64,000 nucleotides of DNA from Candidatus Latescibacterota bacterium (lineage in GTDB: Bacteria; Latescibacterota; UBA2968), in contig OZ251458.1 in NCBI GenBank assembly GCA_965242535.1, forward strand, positions 4,627,280 through 4,691,279. Direction: 5' to 3'. Under the pieces are notes generated by a model that ran no database searches, was not told the DNA's origin, and was given only the letters and a program-made list of their open reading frames with translations. Shown piece after piece: positions 36,403 through 45,665 of the stretch. The translations under genes were made by a program, and so were the position numbers. The first letter of the stretch is position 1. The number at the start of each line of letters is the position of its first letter.

Positions 36403-36878
36403 AGCCTCCCATCCTCGGCTTTGGTCATTAAGTCGTGGAGGTGATCTCGACTAAAAATGTTGGTCGCAGGTAGATCGATGCTAATGCTTGAAGTATTTGT
36501 TACAGCAGGCCGGCCTTCAAGAGAAATCCAATAGCCGCAACGGCGCAGACAAAGCTCATCTTCAGTTTGGCTTACCCATTGATCAGGATCCCGAGGCATC
36601 AAAACAACGATCAAAATGTGCGGAACTTTTGTGGGGATTCTCAGGTCATTGTAATTCTTGATTGGCAGGCGAAAGGGTAAGTTGTCGCCCCGTACAATAT
36701 CTTGCGACGTTGCCTTGGCTTGAAATTTTATCAGTGAACGCGGGCTAGAACCCGACATCAGGATCCCGTCCACGCTACCAATATCTATTTTTAGCGTGTT
36801 CATCTGATAACCGGCACTTGCTGCCACTGCTCCAATATATGCCAAAGAGAACAGCTCCTTATGTAAGTTCAGCGTCAT
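36399..36878 (-). CDS. DUF4365-like (restriction-endonuclease-fold) protein
   Basis: ELFSLAYIGAVAASAGY..DIGSVDGIL..IKFQAKAT resembles the DUF4365 N-terminal pattern (D.GID...vQvK). GAGAGG RBS. AT-richer by eye. Confidence 0.5.
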   Translation of the reverse strand: MTLNLHKELFSLAYIGAVAASAGYQMNTLKIDIGSVDGILMSGSSPRSLIKFQAKATSQDIVRGDNLPFRLPIKNYNDLRIPTKVPHILIVVLMPRDPDQWVSQTEDELCLRRCGYWISLEGRPAVTNTSSISIDLPATNIFSRDHLHDLMTKAEDGRL

Positions 36879-37027
36879 TATGCGTACCTCTCGGTGGTCA
36901 CGGCTTACTCATCGCGCCCATCAATAAACCCTCCCGGGCATCTCCAGCGCGTTCGACCTCGGCTTCGGAGAAGGTGGTCATGGTGTTCCTCATGCTTCTG
37001 GAAGTGTGGAGATGCTATATGTTAAAA

Positions 37028-38944
37028 CTAATTTACCAACCCCATCTCTCGGAGGAATCGCGAAGGGTTTTTTTTCCAACCAAATACTTTGCGTGAGTAC
37101 GTCAATGTCAAACTTTCCTGAGTGCGTGTGATAGCGACAAAACAATTTCGCCTTTCCTCCTGCATTTCACGGCTATCGTCGCCCTTTTTGACCGCTATCC
37201 AACTCGGTAATTGATCCTCCACGAGGCCAACGAGATAAACATGACCAAATTCCAGGCCCTTCGAGGCATGAATCGTAAAACAAGGTACAGCGTCCTTCGG
37301 AGGATTTGGAGTTTTGGAACGGAGATCGAGCCCTTGTAACAGCGCGTTCAGCGTTACTTGCTCCCTGCCATATTCACCAACGACTTCGCCTATGAGGTCG
37401 TACCAGGTGTCCTTCTCTTCCCTATATTCCCCCATTTTGTCGTCAGATGTAGGCCGGGTTTCCGGCAATTCTTCAAACCATGTAAAGGCATCTTTGATAA
37501 AGGTCCAAAAATCCAATTTATCGGCGAGTTTCGCCACCGCCCCAGACAGAAGCCGTTCTGTTTGAGGCTCTACATCTTTCCGTTGCAACGCGGCTCGTTG
37601 CCAGGCACGGAGGTAGTCGCCTTCCTCGGCCGCCGCATCAGATATTACGTCTCCAACGATCAGATTGATGCCTTCAAGGTCCAAAAACGATTTGCAGATT
37701 CGGCGCAGTTGCTCGCGGTCCTGTCGGGCATTTGCCAACCGCAACATCGCGTGCAACCACGCCATCGGACTGCTGACAAACTCGTCCTTTCGCATTGCGA
37801 GATAGCCCGGCACGTTGCGCGTTTCAAGGGCTTCAACGATCCGTTCTAAAAGCCGGCGCGTGCGTGCGAGCACCACACACTTGCAACGCGACTCTTTGGA
37901 TCGAAGCGCGATATCGCGGGCAACCCAATCGGCTTCCTCATCAAAGCAAGCAAAGTCTTTCACCCGAATCGCGTTGCTTTTGCCGCTCTGCTCGTGAGGG
38001 GTTAAAGCTGTCTTGTTCGGATCGTGGCATAGATTGTGTTCAATGAGCGCGTTGGCAACATCGATCACTGCTGGCGGGCAACGATAATTTTCCGGTAGCT
38101 GTATAACAGACATACCAAAATCGCGCCGGAGCGATTTGAGCCGTTCCGGATCAGCCCCATTCCATTGGTAGATGATCTGGTCATCATCAGCAACGACGAA
38201 CAGATCCTTTGTCGCGGGGTTCACAATGCTATGCAAAATGTGATATTGTGCCGAGTTCGTGTCCTGAAATTCGTCGACACAAATGTATGGGTAGATGCGA
38301 CTCGTCAACTTTCTTATGGCGGGCTTCATTTGGAGCAGTCTAAAAGTTTCAGCGATGATTCCACCAAAATCCAGTTGATCGTTCTCGATCATCGAGTGTC
38401 GATAATTTCTGTAAATCGTCCCTATTACTTCGGCACCTTTCACATTGTATTTTTGCAAAAACGCAATAGCATCCTCCGCCGACACACTGTCGTCTAGGAG
38501 TCGTGCGACAAGAGGCAACAATTGTTCGCCTCTGTAAGTAACTTCCCCATGCTCCTTGCGCGTTCTTTCAATGGCCTCGTCAAGAACGGCTTCGCGATCT
38601 ATCACTTGGGGCAAAATCGCAAAGTCGGGGCGGAGGCCGATGTGGTGACCATGCTGACGCAGAAGGCCAACGCCGAACGAGTGAAATGTCGTTAGCAACG
38701 CACGCTCGCCTGCATTTGGAACGAGAGATTCAATGCGTTTCCGCATTTCTGTGGCGGCTTTGTTCGTAAAGGTGAGACCGAGGATTCTGAAGTGTTTCCC
38801 CGCGGTCTCTTCAATGATCCGAGCAATGCGATAGGTAAGGACCCGGGTTTTTCCCGATCCTGGCCCGGCCAGAACGAGAAGCGGCCCCTCGTTCCAATGA
38901 ACTGCCTGAGACTGATTCGCATTGAGCGACGACAGATCGACCAT
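37028..38944 (-). CDS. gajB: Gabija GajB (UvrD/Rep superfamily 1 helicase)
   Basis: AGPGSGKTRVL (Walker A), VDEFQDTN, TIHASKGLEFGHVYLVGL, FVAITRTQESL. Its ATG at 38944 overlaps the gajA stop (TGATG). Confidence 0.8.
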   Translation of the reverse strand: MVDLSSLNANQSQAVHWNEGPLLVLAGPGSGKTRVLTYRIARIIEETAGKHFRILGLTFTNKAATEMRKRIESLVPNAGERALLTTFHSFGVGLLRQHGHHIGLRPDFAILPQVIDREAVLDEAIERTRKEHGEVTYRGEQLLPLVARLLDDSVSAEDAIAFLQKYNVKGAEVIGTIYRNYRHSMIENDQLDFGGIIAETFRLLQMKPAIRKLTSRIYPYICVDEFQDTNSAQYHILHSIVNPATKDLFVVADDDQIIYQWNGADPERLKSLRRDFGMSVIQLPENYRCPPAVIDVANALIEHNLCHDPNKTALTPHEQSGKSNAIRVKDFACFDEEADWVARDIALRSKESRCKCVVLARTRRLLERIVEALETRNVPGYLAMRKDEFVSSPMAWLHAMLRLANARQDREQLRRICKSFLDLEGINLIVGDVISDAAAEEGDYLRAWQRAALQRKDVEPQTERLLSGAVAKLADKLDFWTFIKDAFTWFEELPETRPTSDDKMGEYREEKDTWYDLIGEVVGEYGREQVTLNALLQGLDLRSKTPNPPKDAVPCFTIHASKGLEFGHVYLVGLVEDQLPSWIAVKKGDDSREMQEERRNCFVAITRTQESLTLTYSRKVFGWKKNPSRFLREMGLVN

Positions 38945-40644
38945 CACCGCGCCTCCTTTGCAAGGTCCAATGCACATTCAATAATTTCAAGAAGTTGAGT
39001 TGGGACGTTCTCTTTTCCCCTGCTTTCCATTTGCTCTATGACCGCCATTGCCTTTCTCGGCTTCGAATCTCTAGTAATCTGCTTCCAATATTTGGGCGTT
39101 CCTCTCTCGGCGGTAACAGTATGCTTTTTTTGCGCGGACATATTTGCTTCATAAACGGAACCGTAGCCTTCCATACAGAGAAACACCTCCATATCACCAT
39201 GTGCCAATTTGTGTAGATGGCGACTTTCTGGTCGGCTACCAATTTGCTTTTGGGCACTGCTGATATATCCGTCTCCAGCGGAATCGCCATCTGCGACAAC
39301 GAGCCATTCGATGCCCAACTGGTCGGCGACCTTAATGAATTTCTCAACCCCAATCTGAGCAAATTCGATGGGAAAGACGCCTTCAGAGACGAGGTCGCAC
39401 TCACAAATCCGGGCACATTCCTCAAAAATTAGACAATCTGTCTCGCCTTCCACTAGCAACCAGCAACGTGCAAAAAGGAGATTGCCCCGCGTGGAACGGA
39501 CGTGATAGTTGAGTTTCTGGATCTCGTCGGGTGTAAGCGTGTTGTCTTCGATCTGATGAACGGTTATTTGACCGTCCTTTCGGCGGAGTCTCCGCAGCGA
39601 CTTGAGGGGAATACTCGCCAAGAGATCGCCGGAGTGCGTGGCGATGATTTTTTGTCCTTTTAGTCCCTGAAGCAGAGTAGCAACAGATCGGATCGCCGAA
39701 GGATGGAGATGGGCTTCCGGTTCTTCAAGTGCCAATATCGGCGTTGTGTACTCCGCATAACTGTCTGCTAGTTTGCTCTGGAGAAATGCGTCAAACAAAC
39801 AGATTACCGCCAAGCTTTGAGTGCCTTCGCCATGTCGTCCAATCGGCAAACGCGCACCGGTTATTGACGTGAGCATGACTTGAGTGCGCGACAAGATGTC
39901 AAAGACTTTGCCAGGGACCGCTTCAATACCTACTGGATCGTCTCCGTGGAGAGGAAGCATCTTGCCGGTGTTGTCGAGTTGCTCTTTGATCGCGTCAAAC
40001 GATTCATGAGCATCCAAAATTTTTTGATTCAGTATTGCCAATTCCCCTTCGAGTTCTCGTCTCAATTCGGGAGCGATATTCAGGGAGCGAACGAATGGTC
40101 CCCAAAACTGGGAACCAGGTCGAAATTCTTGGGCCGAATCGCGCAGTGCTGCCAGATAGAAAACGGGCGCGAGTTGTTGCAACGAGACGATGTGTCGCGG
40201 CTCCTTAGCATTTATGAGTTCGTCGCCAGCGAGGTTAAGAAAATCCCAAGTTGTGACAAAATCACCCTTCGCCTGGTCGTATTCGCTCTGCACGCGGAGT
40301 ATCGCGCTTTGCCGATCATCGTCGTCCATTTGAACGACATCAGATAGGCGTCCCAATACTTCGTCTGTCCACTCGCCTTCAACCTGCTCGGCGAAACGCA
40401 ACGTGATTTCTATGGCGTCACTGTCTGCCGGCTGGCTGTCCTGTCGTGGCAAATGATAATCGTATTCTGAAAATATGCTCCCTTTTCGAGTGAGCGAACG
40501 GCTGAGGCAAAATTGCAGTGCTTCCAGTATTGTCGATTTCCCGGTGTTATTTTCTCCTATCAGAACGGTGGTGTTGTCGAGTTTGAGACGCAACCGCTGG
40601 ATTCCCCTAAAATTCGCAATGTCGATTTGTTCTAAGAACATCAT
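38944..40644 (-). CDS. gajA: Gabija GajA (OLD-family ABC-type ATPase + TOPRIM nuclease)
   Basis: FLEQIDIANFRGI..VLIGENNTGKSTILEAL, ILALEEPEAHLHP, C-terminal TOPRIM WLLVEGETDCLIF and VVADGD. The ATG at 40644 follows GGAG. Confidence 0.8.
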   Translation of the reverse strand: MMFLEQIDIANFRGIQRLRLKLDNTTVLIGENNTGKSTILEALQFCLSRSLTRKGSIFSEYDYHLPRQDSQPADSDAIEITLRFAEQVEGEWTDEVLGRLSDVVQMDDDDRQSAILRVQSEYDQAKGDFVTTWDFLNLAGDELINAKEPRHIVSLQQLAPVFYLAALRDSAQEFRPGSQFWGPFVRSLNIAPELRRELEGELAILNQKILDAHESFDAIKEQLDNTGKMLPLHGDDPVGIEAVPGKVFDILSRTQVMLTSITGARLPIGRHGEGTQSLAVICLFDAFLQSKLADSYAEYTTPILALEEPEAHLHPSAIRSVATLLQGLKGQKIIATHSGDLLASIPLKSLRRLRRKDGQITVHQIEDNTLTPDEIQKLNYHVRSTRGNLLFARCWLLVEGETDCLIFEECARICECDLVSEGVFPIEFAQIGVEKFIKVADQLGIEWLVVADGDSAGDGYISSAQKQIGSRPESRHLHKLAHGDMEVFLCMEGYGSVYEANMSAQKKHTVTAERGTPKYWKQITRDSKPRKAMAVIEQMESRGKENVPTQLLEIIECALDLAKEAR

Positions 40645-40745
40645 GTCCGGTCTCCTATATTCTAACCCTCCCTGGCACCAGCGCGTGATCGCAGGGCGGC
40701 GGCGGATATGATTTAACATTAACCGATATGTCCCGTGAAAGCAAG

Positions 40746-41750
40746 TCAGTGGATGGTTTTTCTCGTATAGTGTTTATCAAATTCCTGTAAAATGTTGGGA
40801 TGGTAGAGAGTTTTCTTTTGACTATTGGGGTTATTGGGATTAAGAAGCCGAGTTTTCGCAAATCTCGGATCATCGTGGAGAGGTTTGCGGATAGCATGGT
40901 AGTCTCTATTTACTTTGAAATTTTGGTAAAGCTTTCTGCACTTCTCTGTGAGAGTGTTGTAATCCCAAGGATATTTTCCCCAAATTTCTTCTTCTGTAAA
41001 GCGAACCGCTGGTGCTGAAGGGTCTGTCGTAATTTGTGTTAGCAAGGCATCCTTGGCGTTTGACTTGGTGAATTGAATGTCGATACTCACAGTCACAGAA
41101 TAGAGAGATTCAGGATCCGATTCAGCGTTGTCGATTTTCTCTAAAAATGATAGGAAATTTTTTTCTACTGCATTGAGCAAAACCCCATCCACATTAGAAG
41201 GCAAATTCATAAAAGTCAACGGCATCAGGTGCAGATCAAATTCCGAAAGTTCCCGTCCAAACCATTCGCGAGTAGCGGTGGCAAAGTTTTTGACGCAGGC
41301 TGCACCGACCTCATACAAGTATTTCTGAAATGCTGAAGATGAAAAATAATGCGTGGCGCAGTTGCGAAACTCCCGCAGAATATCAAGATTGTGTCCTACA
41401 GACGGGTCAAGGTTTTTATTTTTGACCATCTGTTTGGCCAGATAATCTATACCGTGAGTAAAAGGGACGTTGGATCGAGTTCTTTTGACAAAGCGTTTTT
41501 TGCTTTTTGTCCCATCAGCTTTTTGACGCTTTTCATAAACATATAGACTACTTGCCTTGTTCTCGTGAATAGCAAGCCATCTGGCTTTTAAGAGGAGTTC
41601 CCATCCGTTGATCGCGAGAATTGCGAATGTCTCGTCTCGATAAGAAAACCCTGGCTTATTGTAAATTTCGATGGCGGATACCATAGCCGATATCGCCCGA
41701 TCCAATAACTCGTTTGACCGTGATTTCATACGTTTCTCCTGTCCTTTCAA
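40746..41750 (-). CDS. Hypothetical protein, DUF3644-like N-terminus (tentative)
   Basis: LLDRAISAMVSAIEIYNKPGFSYRDETFAILAINGWELLLKA resembles the A.E.YNKP...R.E.F....AWE.LLKA pattern I associate with DUF3644. Clearly AT-rich gene. Same strand, 101 bp upstream of gajA. Confidence 0.5.
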   Translation of the reverse strand: MKGQEKRMKSRSNELLDRAISAMVSAIEIYNKPGFSYRDETFAILAINGWELLLKARWLAIHENKASSLYVYEKRQKADGTKSKKRFVKRTRSNVPFTHGIDYLAKQMVKNKNLDPSVGHNLDILREFRNCATHYFSSSAFQKYLYEVGAACVKNFATATREWFGRELSEFDLHLMPLTFMNLPSNVDGVLLNAVEKNFLSFLEKIDNAESDPESLYSVTVSIDIQFTKSNAKDALLTQITTDPSAPAVRFTEEEIWGKYPWDYNTLTEKCRKLYQNFKVNRDYHAIRKPLHDDPRFAKTRLLNPNNPNSQKKTLYHPNILQEFDKHYTRKTIH

Positions 41751-41769
41751 TCCTGTCTCGTTATTTCAC

Positions 41770-42460
41770 TTATGTTCGGACTTCGCCACTGATGAGCTTC
41801 GGCAACAGCGTATCGCGCAGGGCGGCGAAGCCCGTTGCAGCGGCGAACACCGTCATGGGCAGATGGGTAGAATGCAAATCCAAGACCGCCTCTCCGCAGG
41901 CGTCGGTCTCCGCGCTTTTCCAAGTGTTGTTGGGAAAGAGCACCAAGAGATCGACATTGCCCAGCGGCTCGCCGGCGCATCGCACAGTGATGACCGCACG
42001 GGCGGGACTCTGCTCCTGCAATGCCGCGGGAATGATGAGGCAAACTTCCGACTCGTCAATCAATCGGTATTCGGGCGGCCTGCCGCAGAGTTCCCGGGTT
42101 TCGCGCAGGATGATCGAAACGCCATCTCCGCGCCGCTCCATGAAATACCTTCTTTCCTCAGAGCCTCGCACGCCCCCCACCGGCATCCTCCCTAGCACAG
42201 AGGTCAATATTGGGTTGCGGGTGGCCTGCCGCGTCGCCATGCTCTCGACCGTCAAGTTGTTTGGCAACGCGCCGGGCGTCGGTCACGCCGCAAAGCAACA
42301 CGCCGCCATGTCCGTTGGCAAAAGCCGCCAGTTCATTCGCGAGGCTGTCGCGCTTTGGGCTGTGCGGATGGCCGCCGCGAAACGCAATTTGTTTGAACTC
42401 CCACCGGCTGTCCTCACCCAAGCGCAACTGGCGGACGATATCCTCAGTGCCGTAATTCAT
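41770..42460 (-). pseudogene. Degraded AlbA_2 / HATPase_c_4-type putative regulator (frameshift plus internal deletion)
   Basis: ORF 42158-42460 encodes the AlbA_2-like N-terminus (EDSRWEFKQ..LANELAAFANGHGGVLLCGVTD). Overlapping ORF 41770-42267, in another frame, carries only the end of the ATPase-like domain (TRNPILTSVLGR..RRGDGVSIILRE..RPPEYRL). Total length is about half that of intact homologues. Confidence 0.55.
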
Positions 42461-42579
42461 CGCTCATCTCCAAGTTCGTTATGCTTCAACTTGCCGGTCA
42501 CTTTTGCCGAAAAATGACCCACAACGAATTTTGTGTGCCATAAATGACCCACAAAAGTATGTGCCGATGGGTATCAGCA

Positions 42580-43692
42580 TCAAAACGCCTCGTGTCCCTC
42601 TACGAGATTGACGAGTTCAGAGAACGCCAGAATATTCGATCTGCGCCCGCCTCCACGGGCGATGACCTTTAGAACATCGCCTCTGCACAAGGCGTCCAGA
42701 ACCCGGCGCGCCGTCTTTGCCGGAATGCCCGCTTCGGCAACGAAGAACGAGCTCGGAAAGATCGGACGCTCAAAGATCCAGTCCAACGCTTGGATGCTGT
42801 ATCGAGAGCGGGTCAGGTCCGACACGCGGAGCTTCATCCCGTCATACAAGTCGAGAATGCCCTTGGCCTTTGCCAAGTCGTCTTCGGCTTGCGCCCGAAT
42901 CGCTTCGAGGAAGAACCGGCACCAGCCGGTCCAGTCGTCATCGCGCGAGACCGCGAGCAGCCCTTCGTAATAGGCGTCGCGGTGGGCCTCGAAATAGGCA
43001 CTGATGTAAAACATGGGGCGCCCGATGATTTTGTGTTGCCACAAGAACAAGGGCACGAACAGGCGCCCCAAACGACCATTGCCGTCTAAGAACGGGTGCA
43101 GGGCCTCGAACTCGGCGTGCAGGATGGCGAGTTGCACCAGGCGATCGAGCGCGTCTCGGTGGATATAGCGCTCCCACGCGCTCATGGCATCTGGGAGTTT
43201 ATCGGCACTGATGGGTACGAATTTGGCCTCTTCAATGGTGCATCCGGGGGCCCCTATCCAGTTGGGAACGCGCCGGTATTCGCCGGGGGCTTTGCCCTGG
43301 CCGCGCACGTCGGAAAGCAACACGCGATGGGCGTCTCGGATGACCCGCTGGGAAAGTGGCAATTCCCGTAGCATTTCTTCTGCCCTTCGCATGGCGGCGC
43401 GGTAGTTGAGCACTTCGCGGATGTCGCCGCGGCGTTCGGGCGAGGCCGTCTCTCGTCCCGCCTCAAATTCCAATACCTCGCCCAGGGTGGCTTGCGTGCC
43501 TTCAATGCGCGAAGACAGCACCGCTTCTCGAGTCGTGAGCGGCGAGAGCAAAACGCCTGGGTTCGGTATGGCGGAAAGCATCCCGTCGTAACGCGCCACG
43601 GCCCCGGCCGCCGGGCCGATCAGTGGAATCAACGCCTCCCAGTCGAGGTTCTCGGGGGGGAACTGCCCCAGGTGGTAATGTATCGTTGCCAT
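42580..43692 (-). CDS. Fic family protein (AMPylase-type) with N-terminal inhibitory helix motif
   Basis: HPFLDGNGRLGR (HxFx[D/E]GNGRxxR), SSRIEG ([S/T]xxxE[G/N]), C-terminal winged-helix-like tail. The ATG at 43692 gives MATIHYHLGQF. The upstream part of the 522-aa ORF is a gene remnant. Confidence 0.85.
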   Translation of the reverse strand: MATIHYHLGQFPPENLDWEALIPLIGPAAGAVARYDGMLSAIPNPGVLLSPLTTREAVLSSRIEGTQATLGEVLEFEAGRETASPERRGDIREVLNYRAAMRRAEEMLRELPLSQRVIRDAHRVLLSDVRGQGKAPGEYRRVPNWIGAPGCTIEEAKFVPISADKLPDAMSAWERYIHRDALDRLVQLAILHAEFEALHPFLDGNGRLGRLFVPLFLWQHKIIGRPMFYISAYFEAHRDAYYEGLLAVSRDDDWTGWCRFFLEAIRAQAEDDLAKAKGILDLYDGMKLRVSDLTRSRYSIQALDWIFERPIFPSSFFVAEAGIPAKTARRVLDALCRGDVLKVIARGGGRRSNILAFSELVNLVEGHEAF

Positions 43693-43699
43693 CAATCCG

Positions 43700-44044
43700 C
43701 TCCAAATCCCAATGTGTTCAGATTTTTTTGGATGAGGCCATCCAGGCGCGTGCTTTCCGCTTGCTGATCGCGCCATTGCGCGGCGCGGCGATTCGCCTTG
43801 GTCGCGAACGGCTCGCCTCGGTCGGCACTCAAAAAATGTTTTGTGCGCGGTACTCGTCCGGGTCTTCGGGATCGGCCAAGGCATCGCGCTCGAGTTGCAC
43901 GCGCGCCTCCTCGAAAGCGTCGGAGATGTACTTGAAAAAGATGAGTCCGAGGATGACGTGCTTGTACTCGGCGGCGTCCATGCTGCCCCGCAGCGCGTCT
44001 GCCATTTGCCACAGTTCGGGTTTGCCAACCACATGATCTGACAC
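43700..44044 (-). pseudogene. Remnant of a type I R-M methylase gene (hsdM)
   Basis: The 71-aa [39 protein letters not shown] is the HsdM N-terminal domain and then stops. A second frame ends ..LDGLIQKNLNTLGFG, like an HsdM C-terminus. The whole catalytic core is missing. Confidence 0.65.
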
Positions 44045-44262
44045 GGGAAAACCTCCAAATGGTGTTGCAAATCGGGTGCTTTCAAAGTTCGGGTTTCATC
44101 ATAATCGGGATTTTCCATTTCTTCAAGGACTTTTTGATTTCCGCCCAACTCGCCGTGCGCGTTTAGGCGTTGCGGCGCCTATGGGTTTGGCTTATCGTTT
44201 GGCTGACGCCTAGCGCGATGGGCAGATGTTTTGGACGCGATACAACTCGTGGAGGTGACAGG

Positions 44263-45660
44263 ATGAAAATACGCATTAAAAACCTCGGAATTTTAAGGCA
44301 GGCGGAATTTTCGCTCGGGGATTTGACCATCATCTGCGGCGAGAATAACACGGGCAAAACGTATATGGCTTACGCGCTGTATGATTTCTTGCAGTCTTGG
44401 CGCAAACTTATTCGCGTTCCGGTAAGCGATGCCCAGATCCAACATTTGATTAAAGATGGCGTCCTCAATATCGGATTGGCACAATACGTCAAAAAAGCCG
44501 ATCAGATGCTCGCAGAGGCGTGTGGGAAGTACAAGGATAAACTGGACGATGTTTTTGCAGCGCCCGAAGGCACGTTTGATAACAGTGAATTTCAAATTCA
44601 GGTAAAAATTCCCGATGGCATCGCAAAGAGAGAAATAACCGGAAACACGCCGTTCATTACTTTCATAAAGAGGGAAGGGAGTGAAGAACTGGTGGTTACT
44701 TTTGAAGAAAAAAAAGAAGAAAAAAATGGGAATTTCTTTCTTCAGGGCATTCAAAAAGCCGCATATATAGAAACGTTCATGGGGTTGATTATCAGCAGTG
44801 CTATTTTTCGCGATTCCTTTCCCAGGCCCTTTATTGCTTCAGCCGAGCGCACTGGCGCGGCAATTTTTCGCAAGGAATTGAATTTTGCGCGCAACCGCCT
44901 GCTTGACGAAATAGCCCAAGCAGACAAAAAAATCGATCCGAGGCCGTTGCTATCAAAAGAGTACCAAAATTACCCTTCGCCAATAGAAGCCAATGTGGAA
45001 TTTACGCGGCAACTCGAAGAGGTGGCAAAAAGACAAAGCTTTATCACCAAAGAACACCCGGAAGTGTTGGAAGACTTTGCCGATATTATGGGTGGGAGTT
45101 ACAGCCTGCCCCAAAATGACCAACTTTACTATCAACCCAAAGGGACGCGGGTTAGGTTGACGATGGTCGAGAGTTCCAGTGCGGTGCGTTCATTGCTGGA
45201 CCTGGGGTTTTATCTGCGCCATGTCGCTCAAAAGGGGGACCTGTTGATGGTAGATGAGCCGGAGTTAAACCTTCATCCGGCAAACCAACGCCGCATTGCA
45301 AAGCTGTTTGCGCGTCTGGTGAATGTGGGCGTTAAAGTCTTTATCACCACCCACAGCGATTACATCGTCAAAGAACTGAATACCCTCATCATGCTCAATG
45401 GCGACAAGCCACATCTAAAAAAAATTGCCGAAGAAAATGGCTATCGAAACGCCGAGTTGCTCAGAGTTGATCAAGTCAAAGTATATACGGCTCGAGACGC
45501 ATTGATGCCCTTAGAAGATGGGCAAAAGAGACGCAGGAGAGGCCACACACTCGTGCCGGCTGACATCGACCCCGAACTCGGCATTGCGGCCCCTAGCTTT
45601 GACGAGACGATTAATGACATGAACCGGATTCAGGAAGACATTATTTGGGGAGCGGAGTAA
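44263..45660 (+). CDS. ABC/SMC-type AAA ATPase (AAA_15/AAA_21-like), unclassified
   Basis: IKNLGILRQAEFSLGDLTIICGENNTGKTY (Walker A), LLMVDEPELNLHP (Walker B), ITTHSD (H-loop). ATG at 44263 after GGAGG. AT-richer by eye. Confidence 0.8.
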   Translation: MKIRIKNLGILRQAEFSLGDLTIICGENNTGKTYMAYALYDFLQSWRKLIRVPVSDAQIQHLIKDGVLNIGLAQYVKKADQMLAEACGKYKDKLDDVFAAPEGTFDNSEFQIQVKIPDGIAKREITGNTPFITFIKREGSEELVVTFEEKKEEKNGNFFLQGIQKAAYIETFMGLIISSAIFRDSFPRPFIASAERTGAAIFRKELNFARNRLLDEIAQADKKIDPRPLLSKEYQNYPSPIEANVEFTRQLEEVAKRQSFITKEHPEVLEDFADIMGGSYSLPQNDQLYYQPKGTRVRLTMVESSSAVRSLLDLGFYLRHVAQKGDLLMVDEPELNLHPANQRRIAKLFARLVNVGVKVFITTHSDYIVKELNTLIMLNGDKPHLKKIAEENGYRNAELLRVDQVKVYTARDALMPLEDGQKRRRRGHTLVPADIDPELGIAAPSFDETINDMNRIQEDIIWGAE

Positions 45661-45665
45661 GCGGC

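Noticed and set aside
43693-44148. N-terminal 152 codons of the 522-aa ORF containing Fic.
   Set aside because: The sequence is S/T/P/R-rich and overlaps the hsdM remnant in other frames. The ATG at 43692 gives a standard Fic_N start.
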